This document shows, in pieces, positions 13,101 to 46,520 of a stretch of DNA of 64,000 bases (the first letter of the stretch is position 1; each line of letters opens with the position of its first letter). The translations under genes were made by a program, and so were the position numbers. Source of the stretch: Laetmonice hystrix (lineage: Eukaryota); the NCBI GenBank assembly GCA_965235115.1, contig OZ249436.1, forward strand, positions 52,082,001-52,146,000, written 5' to 3'. The notes beneath the pieces are model-generated. The model saw nothing but the letters and a program-made list of their open reading frames with translations. It did no database searches and was not told the origin of the DNA.

Positions 13101-15183
13101 TTCACTGAAGTTTTGGGGTTGTCAGGACTTTTCATTACATTTGTCGATCAGTGCAGGTGTCCTGATAAGACCGGAAGTGACAATTTTCACAACAACATGA
13201 GTGGCACATGGACACACGGGCTGAACCACTCGACTCAGCGAAGCCTGTGTTGCTTGGCTGAGAGCCGCTGAGGGTCGTGACTGCTGAGGGTCAAGACTGA
13301 TGGACAGCCTGTGTGGTCAGTCTAACATATGGAAGCTGTTTGACAACGTAATCGGTTGCATTTTGGACGCTAAAAGCCGACTGGATTCCAATGTTGGAGA
13401 GAGACGGCAGAGCCAGGCAGAGGTTGACATGCACTGACTGTGACTGAGTGACAGGCAAGCAACAGCCTTGAACAGGGGCATGGACTGATGAGTGATGGAG
13501 TCTATCCAGCAAATTTGCAGGGGTGGGGGGTTGAGGGGGGGGGGGGGTGGCGACTAAATACTGAGGGCTAGGCCCTATAATATATAATAGCTATAGGGGG
13601 CCTTATCGGATCATGATTGTCTGCTGTTCCTAGCCTGACTTTTTTTAAGGGGGGGGGGGGTAAGCCTTGGATGTGCGCATGAACAAATATTAATTATGGA
13701 CATTGGCCCCCGCCGCTCCCCCCCGGTCAGGATTTCAGGAAATTTTACAGCTGGCCACTTTCATCCCTGAGCAATACACATGCTGGAAGGCTACATGACA
13801 TTATGGGCTATACAGATCTGCCAAATTGTTATCTGTGTAAATTGAGTCATTTACCAATGAAAAAAAAAAAGTGCAATTGTGCAAAGGGCTTCTTGAGAGA
13901 TATAAGTGAAATTGAGACAGAAGATATATGAGAGTCATGTCCTTAGAGGTGGCAGCCTATGGCCTTCGAAGCTATCATGAGGGGCGCCATGCATAGCGCT
14001 CCTAACTCCACAATCACGGGCACCAGCACCTTGGCGCCTGTCAAAAAAGACAGGGTTTGCGAACAGTTTGTAAAGTTTGCAACCTGTTCTGCCATAAATT
14101 TATTGCTCTGACCATGTAGTGATATTACTGAATGGTATTGCCACAGGTCCGCAACATGAAGAAGTCAGGACGTGAGAACAAGCTGGCAGTCATTGTTGGG
14201 ACAGTAACTGATGACATCAGGATGTTGGAGCTACCAAAGTTGAAGGTTAGTGTGTACAGAGGATAAGACTACAAAATGAATGTCCCTTCACCCAGTTCAG
14301 TATACCTTTCCAAGTGTCGAGAATGCTTTCCAGCCCAAGCCTGAAATAGAAATTAAATCAGTGACATGTATTTTCTGAACTATATCAAGTTTTCATCAAA
14401 GTAATTTGCCATGATGTTTTTTTTTCCGAACAGGTTTGCGCTCTTCACATCACCGCACGTGCTCGTGCACGGATTCTCAAGGCAGGCGGAGAGATCTACA
14501 CTTTTGACCAGCTTGCTTTGAAATCACCCAAGGGTCAGAATACTGTTCTAATGCAAGGTATGTCAGATATAGTGAACTATGACAGGAATCAAATGTACAG
14601 CTAGGAGGGTGGTTAGGTCTGCAGTAATTGAGAAAACGGGGTTGCCACAAGGGTGTTTTTTTTACTCAATGAATTAAAAGAACTAAGGAAAAGGGAAATT
14701 TTGTGCGAGAAATAAGTGACTCTGGAATTTAAAGTAGGACTTTCACCCAATTGACAAAATGATGAAATGCTATGGCCCATCACATTCATTATTGTTACAG
14801 GACCCCGTAAGGCTCGTAATGCATACCGTCACTTCGGAGTTGCTCCTGGAAGGCCACATAGTCACACTGCGTAAGTTTCATCATTATGATGTAAATAATG
14901 CATGCATGAAAGTTCCATTTTCGGCAGAACTTAAATTTTCCTGACGTGAAAATGTATGTTCATTGAGATAAGTGCAAACTATCCAGATCAGTCGGACTTC
15001 CAACAACAGCTCAGATCCACTGATTTTGATTTAGTGTCAAAATTTGAATTTTAGTGTTTGGTATGGTCGGGGTGGTTGATGAGAATGTTTATATGTTTAT
15101 ATTTCAGACCATTGGTTCGATCCAAGGGAAGAAAGTTTGAACGTGCCCGTGGTCGTCGCAAGAGCAGGGGATACAAGAACTAA
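10104..15183 (+). CDS. RPL18: 60S ribosomal protein L18 (eL18), spliced, 188 aa
   Basis: Exons 10104-10106 (ATG only), 10254-10340, 12059-12166, 14147-14245, 14434-14557, 14801-14870, 15108-15183; total 567 nt. Translation [15 protein letters not shown]...[30 protein letters not shown]...[21 protein letters not shown]. Confidence 0.96.
10538..11164. mobile_element. MITE with TAC...GTA ends and subterminal ttagcg/cgctaa repeats (Academ-like), interrupted by a nested insertion
   Basis: Starts tactataacaagtaattttagcg and ends cgctaaatgaaacttatacactacagta. The superfamily assignment is inference. Confidence 0.5.
10671..11089. mobile_element. Non-autonomous TIR element nested in RPL18 intron 2
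   Basis: TIR ccggggcggatccag / ctggatctgccagtg. tgggtacc is repeated at both junctions (10665-10672, 11088-11095), so exact ends are ambiguous. Internal GC-GAA-GC-type mini-hairpins. Confidence 0.7.
12318..13769. mobile_element. Non-autonomous hAT-like DNA transposon with 6-bp TSD, copy 1 (RPL18 intron 3)
   Basis: Perfect 13-bp TIR cagggatgaaagt / actttcatccctg; TSD AGCAAT; near-identical to the reverse complement of 16549-17936. Confidence 0.9.
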
Positions 15184-15241
15184 ATCAATTTGCTGTTGCA
15201 CATATAGAAAGATTGTCGGAAGTGAAGGAACTGAACGTCAG

Positions 15242-15247
15242 AATAAA
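15242..15247 (+). terminator. RPL18 polyadenylation signal
   Basis: AATAAA about 60 nt after the stop, followed by a GT/T-rich downstream element. Confidence 0.75.
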
Positions 15248-15512
15248 AATGTGCACACCAGGACTCGAGCAGTCTGTTTTTATTTGTAAGATTTGAATTA
15301 ACCCTATCAGATTGCAGTAACCCCAATGTCAAGAGCAGACGTTCACCCCTTTTAGGGCAAACAATCTTACATGCCCGTGTAACGTTGCCAAGAGTAGATA
15401 ATTGTATTTATACTTCATTAATACCCATACTGCATAGAAAATTGATTCTAGAAGTCGGCATTTTGAGTGCATTCTCAGAATGTCGCCAATAAAATATTTG
15501 CTGTTACGAACG

Positions 15513-15846
15513 CATACCTGCCAACACTTCTGCATTTTGCGGAATCTTTCCGCATTTGAGGTATTCCGCATTACTCTCTAAACATTACGGAATCATAAAA
15601 TTTACAGAATAGGTATAGATTCCCTCCAAATACATGTTAAATCCTGTTACTCATGGCAGAGTTTCACTGGCAAAAAGATCGTTTATGGTCCTGGCCATAT
15701 AACTAGATCTTTAGATTTAGTAAATCAGAGTTGTGCTTTCTGTCAGTAATGGAGAGGAAGGGAGAGATGGATAAAAGAAGTTATTTAGAGAGAATATCAA
15801 GTCTGGGATGATTCCGTATTCCGTCGACCAAATGTTGGCAGGTATG
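15513..15846. mobile_element. Non-autonomous TIR element with 2-bp TSD (CMC/EnSpm-like)
   Basis: TIR catacctgccaac / gttggcaggtatg, flanked by CG on both sides. Confidence 0.7.
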
Positions 15847-16548
15847 CGCACGTTGTGAAAGTGCCGCGAGATGATGCTAAAGAGAACCTTTTATAAGGGA
15901 CCCCATGTTTACTGTGCAACAGCATGTTTTTGTCATGCCCTAAGCAAAAACTATTTTCTCTTATATAAACATAGATTCAGGGGAGGCGGGATAATGGACT
16001 GTGACCCCCAAGTAAGTAGGCTTAAGCAATAAACATGAAACAGCATCTAATGTAGCAAAACATCTGCAAAATGTAAGGAAAACTTGCAATGTCGAACAGG
16101 TGCAATATTCTCCTACAAACCAAGAAAGCTATTGGTAACAACATGGTTTGACAGTATTTCGCTGTATGCCCTCCGAGACCTTTTCATAAACTGGGGCAAT
16201 GTGGAACAAAAACGTGGCACGCGTCATCAGTGGAATACCAATTTTCTGGGCCAAATTGGCTGTTATTACGAGTCAGTGGATGTTGACACGTATTGGGCAA
16301 ACTTAATGTATATTTGAGACGATAGGATCAGACCATTTTGGCACTGGCCCCTACGCTTAGCCCCCTAGCAGAGATCCTAGACGGGCTTAAAATGTGAGAT
16401 ATCCCGATATTATTTCAACACATTGGCCCAAAATGGTTTCCCAACCCCGCTCCCCCCACCGACGACGACTACCTCTCCTTGCGCCCCTGGTGAAGGAAAT
16501 GTTTTCAGTAAGCCATGGTCCTACAGACAGGAGAACAGGAGCTGGCAA

Positions 16549-17936
16549 CAGGGATGAAAGTGGCCAGCTGTAAAATTTCCTGAAATTCTGACCGGGGAGG
16601 AGCGGCAGGGGCCAATGTCCATAATTAATATTTGTTCATGCGCACATCCAAGGCTTCCCCCCCCCCCCCCCCTTAAAAAAAGTCAGGCTAGGAACAGCAG
16701 ACAATCATGATCCGATATTCGGCGATAAGGCCTCCTAGCTATTATATATTATAGGGCCTAGCCCTCAGTATTTAGTCGCCACCCCCCCCCAACCCCCCAA
16801 CCCCCAACCCCCCACCCCTGCAAATTTGCTGGATAGACTCCATCACTCATCAGTCCATGCCCCTGTTCAAGGCTGTTGCCGTCTCTCTCCAACATTGGAA
16901 TCCAGTCGGCTTTTAGCGTCCAAAATGCACCCGATCATTACGTTGTCAAACAGCTTCCATGTGTTAGACTGACCACACAGGCTGTCCATCAGTCTTGACC
17001 CTCAGCAGTCACGACCCTCAGCGGCTCTCAGCCAAGCAACACAGTCGCTGAGTCGAGTGGTTCAGCCCGTGTGTCCATGTGCCACTCATGTTGTGAATGG
17101 ATACTTCCGGTCTTATCAGGACACCTGCACTGATCGACAAATGTAATGAAAAGTCCTGACAACCCCTAAACTTCAGTGAAAACCACTTACGTAATGCCAC
17201 TATCTTCAAATTTATATGCAAGAAAACATTATGAGAACTTACTGACATATATACTATGCAGATTCATAGAACTAAATTGATGGTGCGTAATCACTATCAC
17301 CGGGACTAGACAGACCGGTCTGTCTCGTTGCTATCACTAAGTGAGCGCTCAGGCAAAACTCGCGCATGGATATGGCATAATGGCAAGCCTGAATCAACGG
17401 GCTTCGCAGCTGCCTGACCATCAGTTTTGCCTGAAGTCATTACCTGAGGTGAGTCGCTCTCACCACAGCGACACGGGGCCGTGCCTGCCAGACGGGACAG
17501 ACGCCACCGCGTTCCGGTAGAAGTCAGCCCACGCGGGCCGGTCTATGTGAGCGATGTGACCACAGCTACAGGGACCGCGGGCGGTACACCAGCACCCCCG
17601 GCAGACCGGCCTATGAGTATGATGCACGGCGGCACCCGTGACACTGGACGGGTTTGAGACACTCTAATATCCCCATCTATAAACAAACTTTGGCAGGTAG
17701 AGATATTGAGCTGCATGGTGTTAAAAAACGTCCTGGAAGGGGATATTGTTTCATTTGATATTAACAAATAAAATTGCCCACCACACAGTCCAGGGCAATA
17801 CTTAGCCTTGGCTTAGGCCTACCTCTTTTGCCTATAGATCTAGGCCTATTTCCTTTTTTGGGTGTTATTTCTTGGGGGCGGGGGATTTTTTCAAATTTCC
17901 TGATTTCAGGAAAATTCCTGAAAACTTTCATCCCTG
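16549..17936. mobile_element. Non-autonomous hAT-like DNA transposon with 6-bp TSD, copy 2 (inverted)
   Basis: Same TIRs as copy 1; TSD TGGCAA; reverse-complement match to 12318-13769 with several indels. Confidence 0.9.
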
Positions 17937-19929
17937 TGGCAAGCAGCCCGGCCAGTGCCTCATCTACGCTATTCCACGTATAACTATAAGTTAATACATA
18001 GAATAACATAGGCAAGGCGCTGGCCAGCTGCTTGCCTTGCAAACTTCAACCTCCTTTTTGTAAAATGAAAGTCTAATGCAAATTTTCATTTATACATTTA
18101 TTGTCTTTGCTTCTTTTTAACAATATTATTTACATGTTGCACCCCAAACAAAAAATATATGCATTCATTTTCCCAGCTAGAGAAGACGCTATGGCAGGCA
18201 TGAGACAGCTATACCGGGGTACGCCTGTACACATACCTCACCATTCGTGGGACCAGGTGAACTTTCTCAGCCCCTCCACCAGGTGGCCGGGGCCTCTACA
18301 ATAACAGCTATAATATTACAGAAACAGGCATGTAGTAAATCAGTTTACAATGTGGGATTGTATATTTGATATAACTGATCCCTGCTAGCTAGGCTTGCGT
18401 TTACAGTTGCATTTTACTTTTTAATTCCTGCACTGCTCCGGGACACTGAAACTTGGGCGAAAGGCTACGTACATGGCCACCTTGAGATATAACCTAAATA
18501 TTGTAATATAAATCTATTATGTATATTAAGGTAATTCCATTATTATCAAAAGATTGCCACAATTACATGCGCAGTAAAATGGGAATCACGTGCGCAGTAA
18601 AATAAAAATCACGTTAAAAATGTCTATAAAACAATATTAGCGTAAACCATTCTTCCAGACTGATCAGTTAAATCACTTGGAGCAGCATCGGTGACAAAGT
18701 ACAGGCATGGGAGTGATATTAAATCTTTATAAACATCTTGATGCAAGCCAATGTAAGTAGATGAACTGTACTAATGTGTACAGCTGTATAGAAATAACGT
18801 TAATCCGTCATATATCCAGGGATAAGGTCAGATTATGCGTGCACACAGTCAGGTGCTGAGCATTCACTCACCAAGCGATTCCTTTAGGGTGGTCGCATCA
18901 ATCACAGCAGTTCTATTCTCACTGTATTTTTCAATACAATAGTACTTCTTAAAAAAACACACAATAACTCTCTCGGACAAAGTCCTCACATTCTACAGAC
19001 AGGTAACCATTAGGAACCAGAGTAATATCATGTGAAGCTAACACAGGAGAAATGTTTTGGTTAACACTGTTGTCGTCATGGTCGGTTTACTCTCAGTCTA
19101 AACTTCTTTACGTCATCAGAGAGGAGATATAGGCTCACCTCGCCTCTTACGGTATTTGTTAGAACACTAAGTTTATCACTGTGTCTCACAATGACTAAAT
19201 TTTGAAAAATCTTCCTTAGCATAGATTGTCACATTTCCCTACAGAAGAGGATCCCAGGTATGCATAGCATTCAATTCATTCGGGACTAAGGTGACAGGTA
19301 GCAGTAGCTCATGATCATAACAATATGTTTCTATGGCACCATTTTAAAACCACCTAATGTCTGGATCTTTGAAACTTACGGTACTTTAGGAATACGTCCC
19401 CAGATCTAAAGAATAATTAGTCCTCATACTTTTCAAATACGTACTATTGTTCAATCATATGTATGATAAACTTTTGAATCTTTTTCCAGAAAATGAATGT
19501 AGGCCTAACAAGCAAAAGTGCTGAACGAAATGTGATAATTATATGACTTCCTATCCACCATAAATAGTAACTCTGTGGTTATCTTAACAAATATTGAAAC
19601 ATGAGTCTCTAAAAAAAGAAAGATGACCTTCACTGACACTTGAAGTCTCTGACTGTTAAGGAAAATTGTACCCGAGGGGGCAGGGGCGACAGCATCTGGT
19701 AAATAAGACTCCAAATTCTAATGCTGACTATTTAGCGTCCAGCGCCACGGCTATGGAATGCTGTGGTTTGGGACCAGTTATTGAGAAATTCTTGGTCACT
19801 TTTTCCTGAAGCCACCTAAAAATACACCTAAAACACAGCTTCCTCCTATTCAAGTTCATTGCAACTATTTACAATCACAAACTCTGCCCAACCTGTTCAA
19901 TGCTGCCCCCACCCTTCACAGACCAGGGG

Positions 19930-20890
19930 ACTGCTCTTTCCACCCCTGTGGACTGCTCTTTCCACCCCTGTGGACTACCGTTTCCATCCCTGACAGACCC
20001 TTGGATTGCTGTTTCCAGTCCTAGCAAACCTGTGGACTGCTGTTTCCACTCCTAACAGACCTGCGGACTGCTGTTTCCACTCCTAACAGACCTGTGGACT
20101 GCTGTTTCCACTCCTAACAGACCTGTGGACTGCTGTTAACACTCCTAACAGACCTGCGGACTGCTGTTTCCACTCCTAACAGACCTGTGGCCTGCTGTTT
20201 CCACTCCTAACAGACCTGTGGACTGCTGTTTCCACTCCTAACAGACCTGTGGACTGCTGTTAACACTCCTAACAGACCTATGGACTGCTGTTCCTACTCC
20301 TAACAGACCTGTGGACTGCTGTTTCCACTCCTAACAGACCTGTGGACTGCTGTTTCCACTCCTAACAGACCTACGGACTGCTGTTTCCACTCCTAACAGA
20401 CCTGCGGACTGCTGTTTCCACTCCTAACAGACCTGCAGACTGCTGTTTCCACTCCTAACAGACCTGCAGACTGCTGTTTCCACTCCTAACAGACCTGCAG
20501 ACTGCTGGTTCCACTCCTAACAGACCTGCAGACTGCTGGTTCCACTCCTAACAGACCTGCGGACTGCTGGTTCCACTCCTAACAGACCTGCGGACTGCTG
20601 TTAACACTCCTAACAGACCTGTGGACTGCTGGTTCCACCCCTAACAGACCTGTGGACTGCTGTTTCCACTCCTAACAGACCTGTGGACTGCTGGTTCCAC
20701 TCCTAACAGACCTGGACTACTGTTTCCTTACATGACAGATACATGGACACCTGACAAACCCATACTGCTTTCATCCCGGACACACCCAGGGACTACTGTT
20801 TCCACCCGACAGAATCGTGGACTGCTGTTTCCATATCTGAGACCTCTGGACTGCTGCTTTTAATCAAACTCAGACAGACCTGCTGTCTCC
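19930..20890. repeat. 31-bp minisatellite (about 22 well-conserved units at 20030-20720, degenerate flanks)
   Basis: Unit ctgctgtttccactcctaacagacctgtgga repeated head-to-tail, with a few 30-bp variants. Confidence 0.95.
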
Positions 20891-23110
20891 ATTCCTTGTC
20901 CTAGGCGTCACAAGGTTAGCCCACTATGAGTTTCTTACAGAAATATTGCAGATTTTGCAGTACGTTCATGTGTCTGATTCTAAACTGGCAGTTATAGGAC
21001 TGAAGTAGGATACTGTTTTAGGGAACTTAATATTTCGAGATCAGATACATGTAGTTAGATACCCAACTATTGTCTATCAATTTCAAATAGACTCTATACA
21101 ACTGACCGATTTTCACTTCTGGAAGAAAGAGATAACATGGGTCATCCATAGTGTTATATCTTGAAGTTAGTTGTGCCTAAACTATCTCGAATTTCTGCAA
21201 TAAGTGTAAGGGAACTCGACCATTATTTTTATGAATCACGATCACATATTTGTGGCAAAAAAGGTTTCTGCTACTGTGATGAGGCTCAGATGCTTCACCT
21301 ATAGGGGAAGGTTACGATGACTCGGAACAAGGTTTTCATTGCATGGTTTCAGCTAGCCAAAAGAACACAGAAACGTATTATGGTAATAAAAGTTACTATG
21401 TAAAGTTTGTTAGAAATATATCTCTTCCTCATGCACTGCTGATAAGCAATATATCTGGAAGAAATATCTTTTTTTATGAAAATGATGAATAATTCATTTG
21501 ATGACAATGAAAAGAGACCATCAAGGAGACAAAATCCAAGCCAAGCCACTTTCTGCATAGATTCTTCTCTTTGTACATAATATTCTGCATTGATAAATAC
21601 ATTACTTTCCTTGGCCCCAAGGGAAAGTATAAATTTTCGTTATGGTCAAGGACTTTCTAGAGGTCAGTTGCTTGCTGGGTAAGTAGGCCGTGAAAATATT
21701 AGATACTGTCATTATTCACTTTAATCTTAGTGGCAGCAGAATTGTGGGAGTAGGGGGGTAGGTGGCAGCCCTGCACCACAAAACACAATACATGTACATT
21801 GATTCTGTCCTGACGTTCTTTGGTAGTTTCCAGTTAATGACAAAACATTATTTTTAAATGCATGCAACAGTTATAATAACAGACAACCTCACAATAGAAA
21901 AATGTGACCAATCATGATGGCCCTCCAAAAGTATCCGGTGCCAAAATAATGTTTTTGACTTATTCAAGGTTCATCCAGGCGCCAGAGGGCCTACCAAAAG
22001 CGACCCAATAAGTTACTTTGAGATGTTAGCAACATATTACAGGTAGTCATGTTTAAAAAATACAAACGGTAAAATCTATTGGGATTTTGTTTGAAAATTA
22101 TTGGTCAACCTTTTTCACAGATCAAATATTAGTTCTAGTTGACCATGCCGAACCTTTCAGCCATCGAGATTGATAACAGCATCTTCTATTAATTAACAGA
22201 GGAACAAGGCATGAATTATGTTCAAGCTCTAAGTTTCTACTCAAGAAAACACCAATGTACACAACGTCTCTTTGCTTTGAATGCTTTTCAGTAGTTCCTA
22301 GTGCAAAACAACATTTAATTCCTTCCCCTCCCATACACTAGCATGTAGGTAAACACAAGTTATTACGAAATAATTTCCTTCTAAAGCTCCCTCACCCCCC
22401 ATTTTTAAGGCAGCAACTAAGAATTGGGCACTCAGTTATCACCCTCCCCAAGGCATGTTGCTTAGTGACAGAAGTTTTACAATTCTTGTGCACAGGCTTG
22501 CTCTAACACTAAACACCTGACCAGTGAAGCACCAGCAACATCCCCTGGAAATATATTATACCAATGTGTCAAGATGAGCATGAAGAATATGAAAATGATG
22601 AATGATTCATTCGATGACCATAACAGACTGCAGATTACAGAATGATTGCTATACAGTACAAACGTAATAGTATTATCATCAGCTTTGCTGTCAGAAAGTA
22701 GAAACTCCCACGTCTTTTTGCGTTTTTCTACTGAAAGGAAAAACCGCAATGTTCTGTACAATTGACCCCCGCCATTTCCCAATGGAGAGGGCTTACAGTA
22801 ATCAAAGATGCCTAATGGTAACATAAACATCGCAATCCCTTCCAGAAGAGGCAGTACATGATCCAGAGCACTTGCCATGGCTCGTAACCAAGAAGGCAGT
22901 CGTCATTCTACCTTTGTGCTGGCTAGAGACACTGCAGAGGATGCACCAGCACACACGACCAGGTTCTACTGTTCACATAATGCAACCATTCTCTGGTAGT
23001 CTACTATCCAAGGCGCTGCCCCGGTGGGATACGACCTCCCCCACAGTTCACTGTTCACAGCGCTGAGAGAGTCACTGGCACTTGGTATCACTTGTGGCAC
23101 AATCTCTACA

Positions 23111-44737
<21,627 letters not shown>

Positions 44738-46167
44738 AATGACAGGATCCTGTATCAACTGCACTTCATGGCTTACTCCATCGGGCCAGCAGCGCAGTGA
44801 TAACTATTCCGGGACTACTTGCAAACAGGTCAAACGGAGTACGCGAGTTCCTGGTTTTATTGGTCCGCTGCACCGGGCGGATTATTTTCAGCCGATAAGC
44901 TAGGGGCCACGTCAGGAAAACGTTCATGCAGTGATTATTTCCTAGCAAACCCTGGGCGGGGTTCGGAACATGAGGACCTCGATCCCTCTTAGCGTATTTC
45001 TTTCTTTTTGGCCTTTAGGCATAACCTAGGCGGCAGATAGCCCTCTAAAAGTCTAATCAAAGACTAAGTAATGGATCGATGCTCTATGGCATACCCCTCC
45101 CCCTTTTTGACCCTGACATTTGACCCGCCCCTGAAAAAAATACTGCAATTTTAATACTTCTTCTATAAAAAGTAGGCTGGGGCAAGCCCCCACCCCCCGG
45201 GGACAAATACTAGGCCGTCTCGTGTTATCAGAATGAGTAGTTCTTTTGTGTAAAGATCTTAGATACACATTGCTAAGCTTTGCCTTTGGCTCTATCTTTT
45301 TTACAACATTAAAAAAATAGGGGCCTAATTATTTAGGATAAAATGAGAGGGGCGTCTTGTCTAATACTGGAGGCAAGACGCCCCCTGGGGGCATCTTGCC
45401 CCACCCCGGGACTTGGGGCCTATATCAAAAAGATCTATTCATAGGTCTTTGCCTAGGCCTATATCCAAGCCATAAAAGCCCGTCAGATTCCCTTTTTATA
45501 ATTTTGTTATTTTCGATTCTTCTGAATGTGGGCCTTCCAACTTGTTATGTTGACTTTTAGTTAGGGCCTAAGGTGCATGCAGGCCCAGACTGCATGGGAG
45601 CCCCGAAATGTTAAGGGGGGGGGGGGACTCTGGCCCTTTTTCCTATTAAAAAGTTATTTATCTATTGGGGGGGGGGTCTATAGGCATATATAGCCCCCAG
45701 TACAAAAGCCAAAGTAGGCCTATTTCTGCGCTGCAAAGGAGGGGGCTGTGGGCAACAGCACAAAAAAAAATTTAAAAAATGAGCAAATTGATGGGGGGGG
45801 GGGGGTGCTTGAGCACCCCAAGCAGTGCTGCACCCCCCCCCCCCCCGGTACGCTACTGCCCTAGGGGCGTCTTGCCCCGGAGGGGGTGAGGGCGTCTTGC
45901 CTCACATGCACTTACAGGTGCATGGTAGGCCCTATATTTTTTACCGAAGCGAGCGTGACATAAAGTCTTTGGCGGGGATGGTCGAACTCTTTGTCCCTAT
46001 AGATAATTACTTCTGTTATGTTATGATAGTAGGCCTGCTTAGGCTGATTCACAAAAATGTAATGTGCCCAGAGGACAAGAAACCTTATAGGGCCCCCCCC
46101 CCCCCCCGCAGAACTGCCAGAAGGGCACATTGGGGCGCAAGGAGGTCGAACCCCCGACCCACCCACC

Positions 46168-46290
46168 CTTTCTTTTTCTTTCTTTCTTTTTCTTTCTTTC
46201 TTTCTTTTTTTTTCTTTCTTTCTTTCTTTCTTTCTCTTTCTTTCTTTCTTTTTCTTTCTTTCTTTCTTTCTTTCTTTCTCCTTCTTTCTT

Positions 46291-46323
<33 letters not shown>

Positions 46324-46342
46324 GACTGATTGATTGATTGAT
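46168..46342. repeat. (CTTT)n microsatellite followed by (GATT)n
   Basis: Seen directly, about 180 nt upstream of the KDELR ATG. Confidence 0.95.
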
Positions 46343-46520
46343 TTTTATCGTCCAGTTTGTGCGCTGGGCGCAAGGTGGCGAGACCAGCATGCTCCTGGTG
46401 GAACTTTCAAGAACTACCAAACATTTTACCCATGATGCTGTGCTACCAGCCACGTCGCAGCCGGCCATATTGGAACGTGGATAGTGTCTGCGCTGCACAT
46501 AAGGAAAGAAGCCGGTCAAA

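Noticed and set aside
14878..14950. Possible box C/D snoRNA in RPL18 intron 6 (ATGATGT...CTGA)
   Set aside because: The C box is imperfect, it lies only about 15 nt from the donor, the C-D span is short, and I could not verify an rRNA guide; a snoscan or Rfam hit would be needed.
19930..20890. CRISPR-like array of 31-bp repeats
   Set aside because: Units are head-to-tail with no unique spacers, there are no cas genes, and the context is eukaryotic; it is a minisatellite.
45825..46373. Lys/Glu/Arg-rich and Phe/Leu/Ser-rich ORFs
   Set aside because: These are translations of the (CTTT)n microsatellite.
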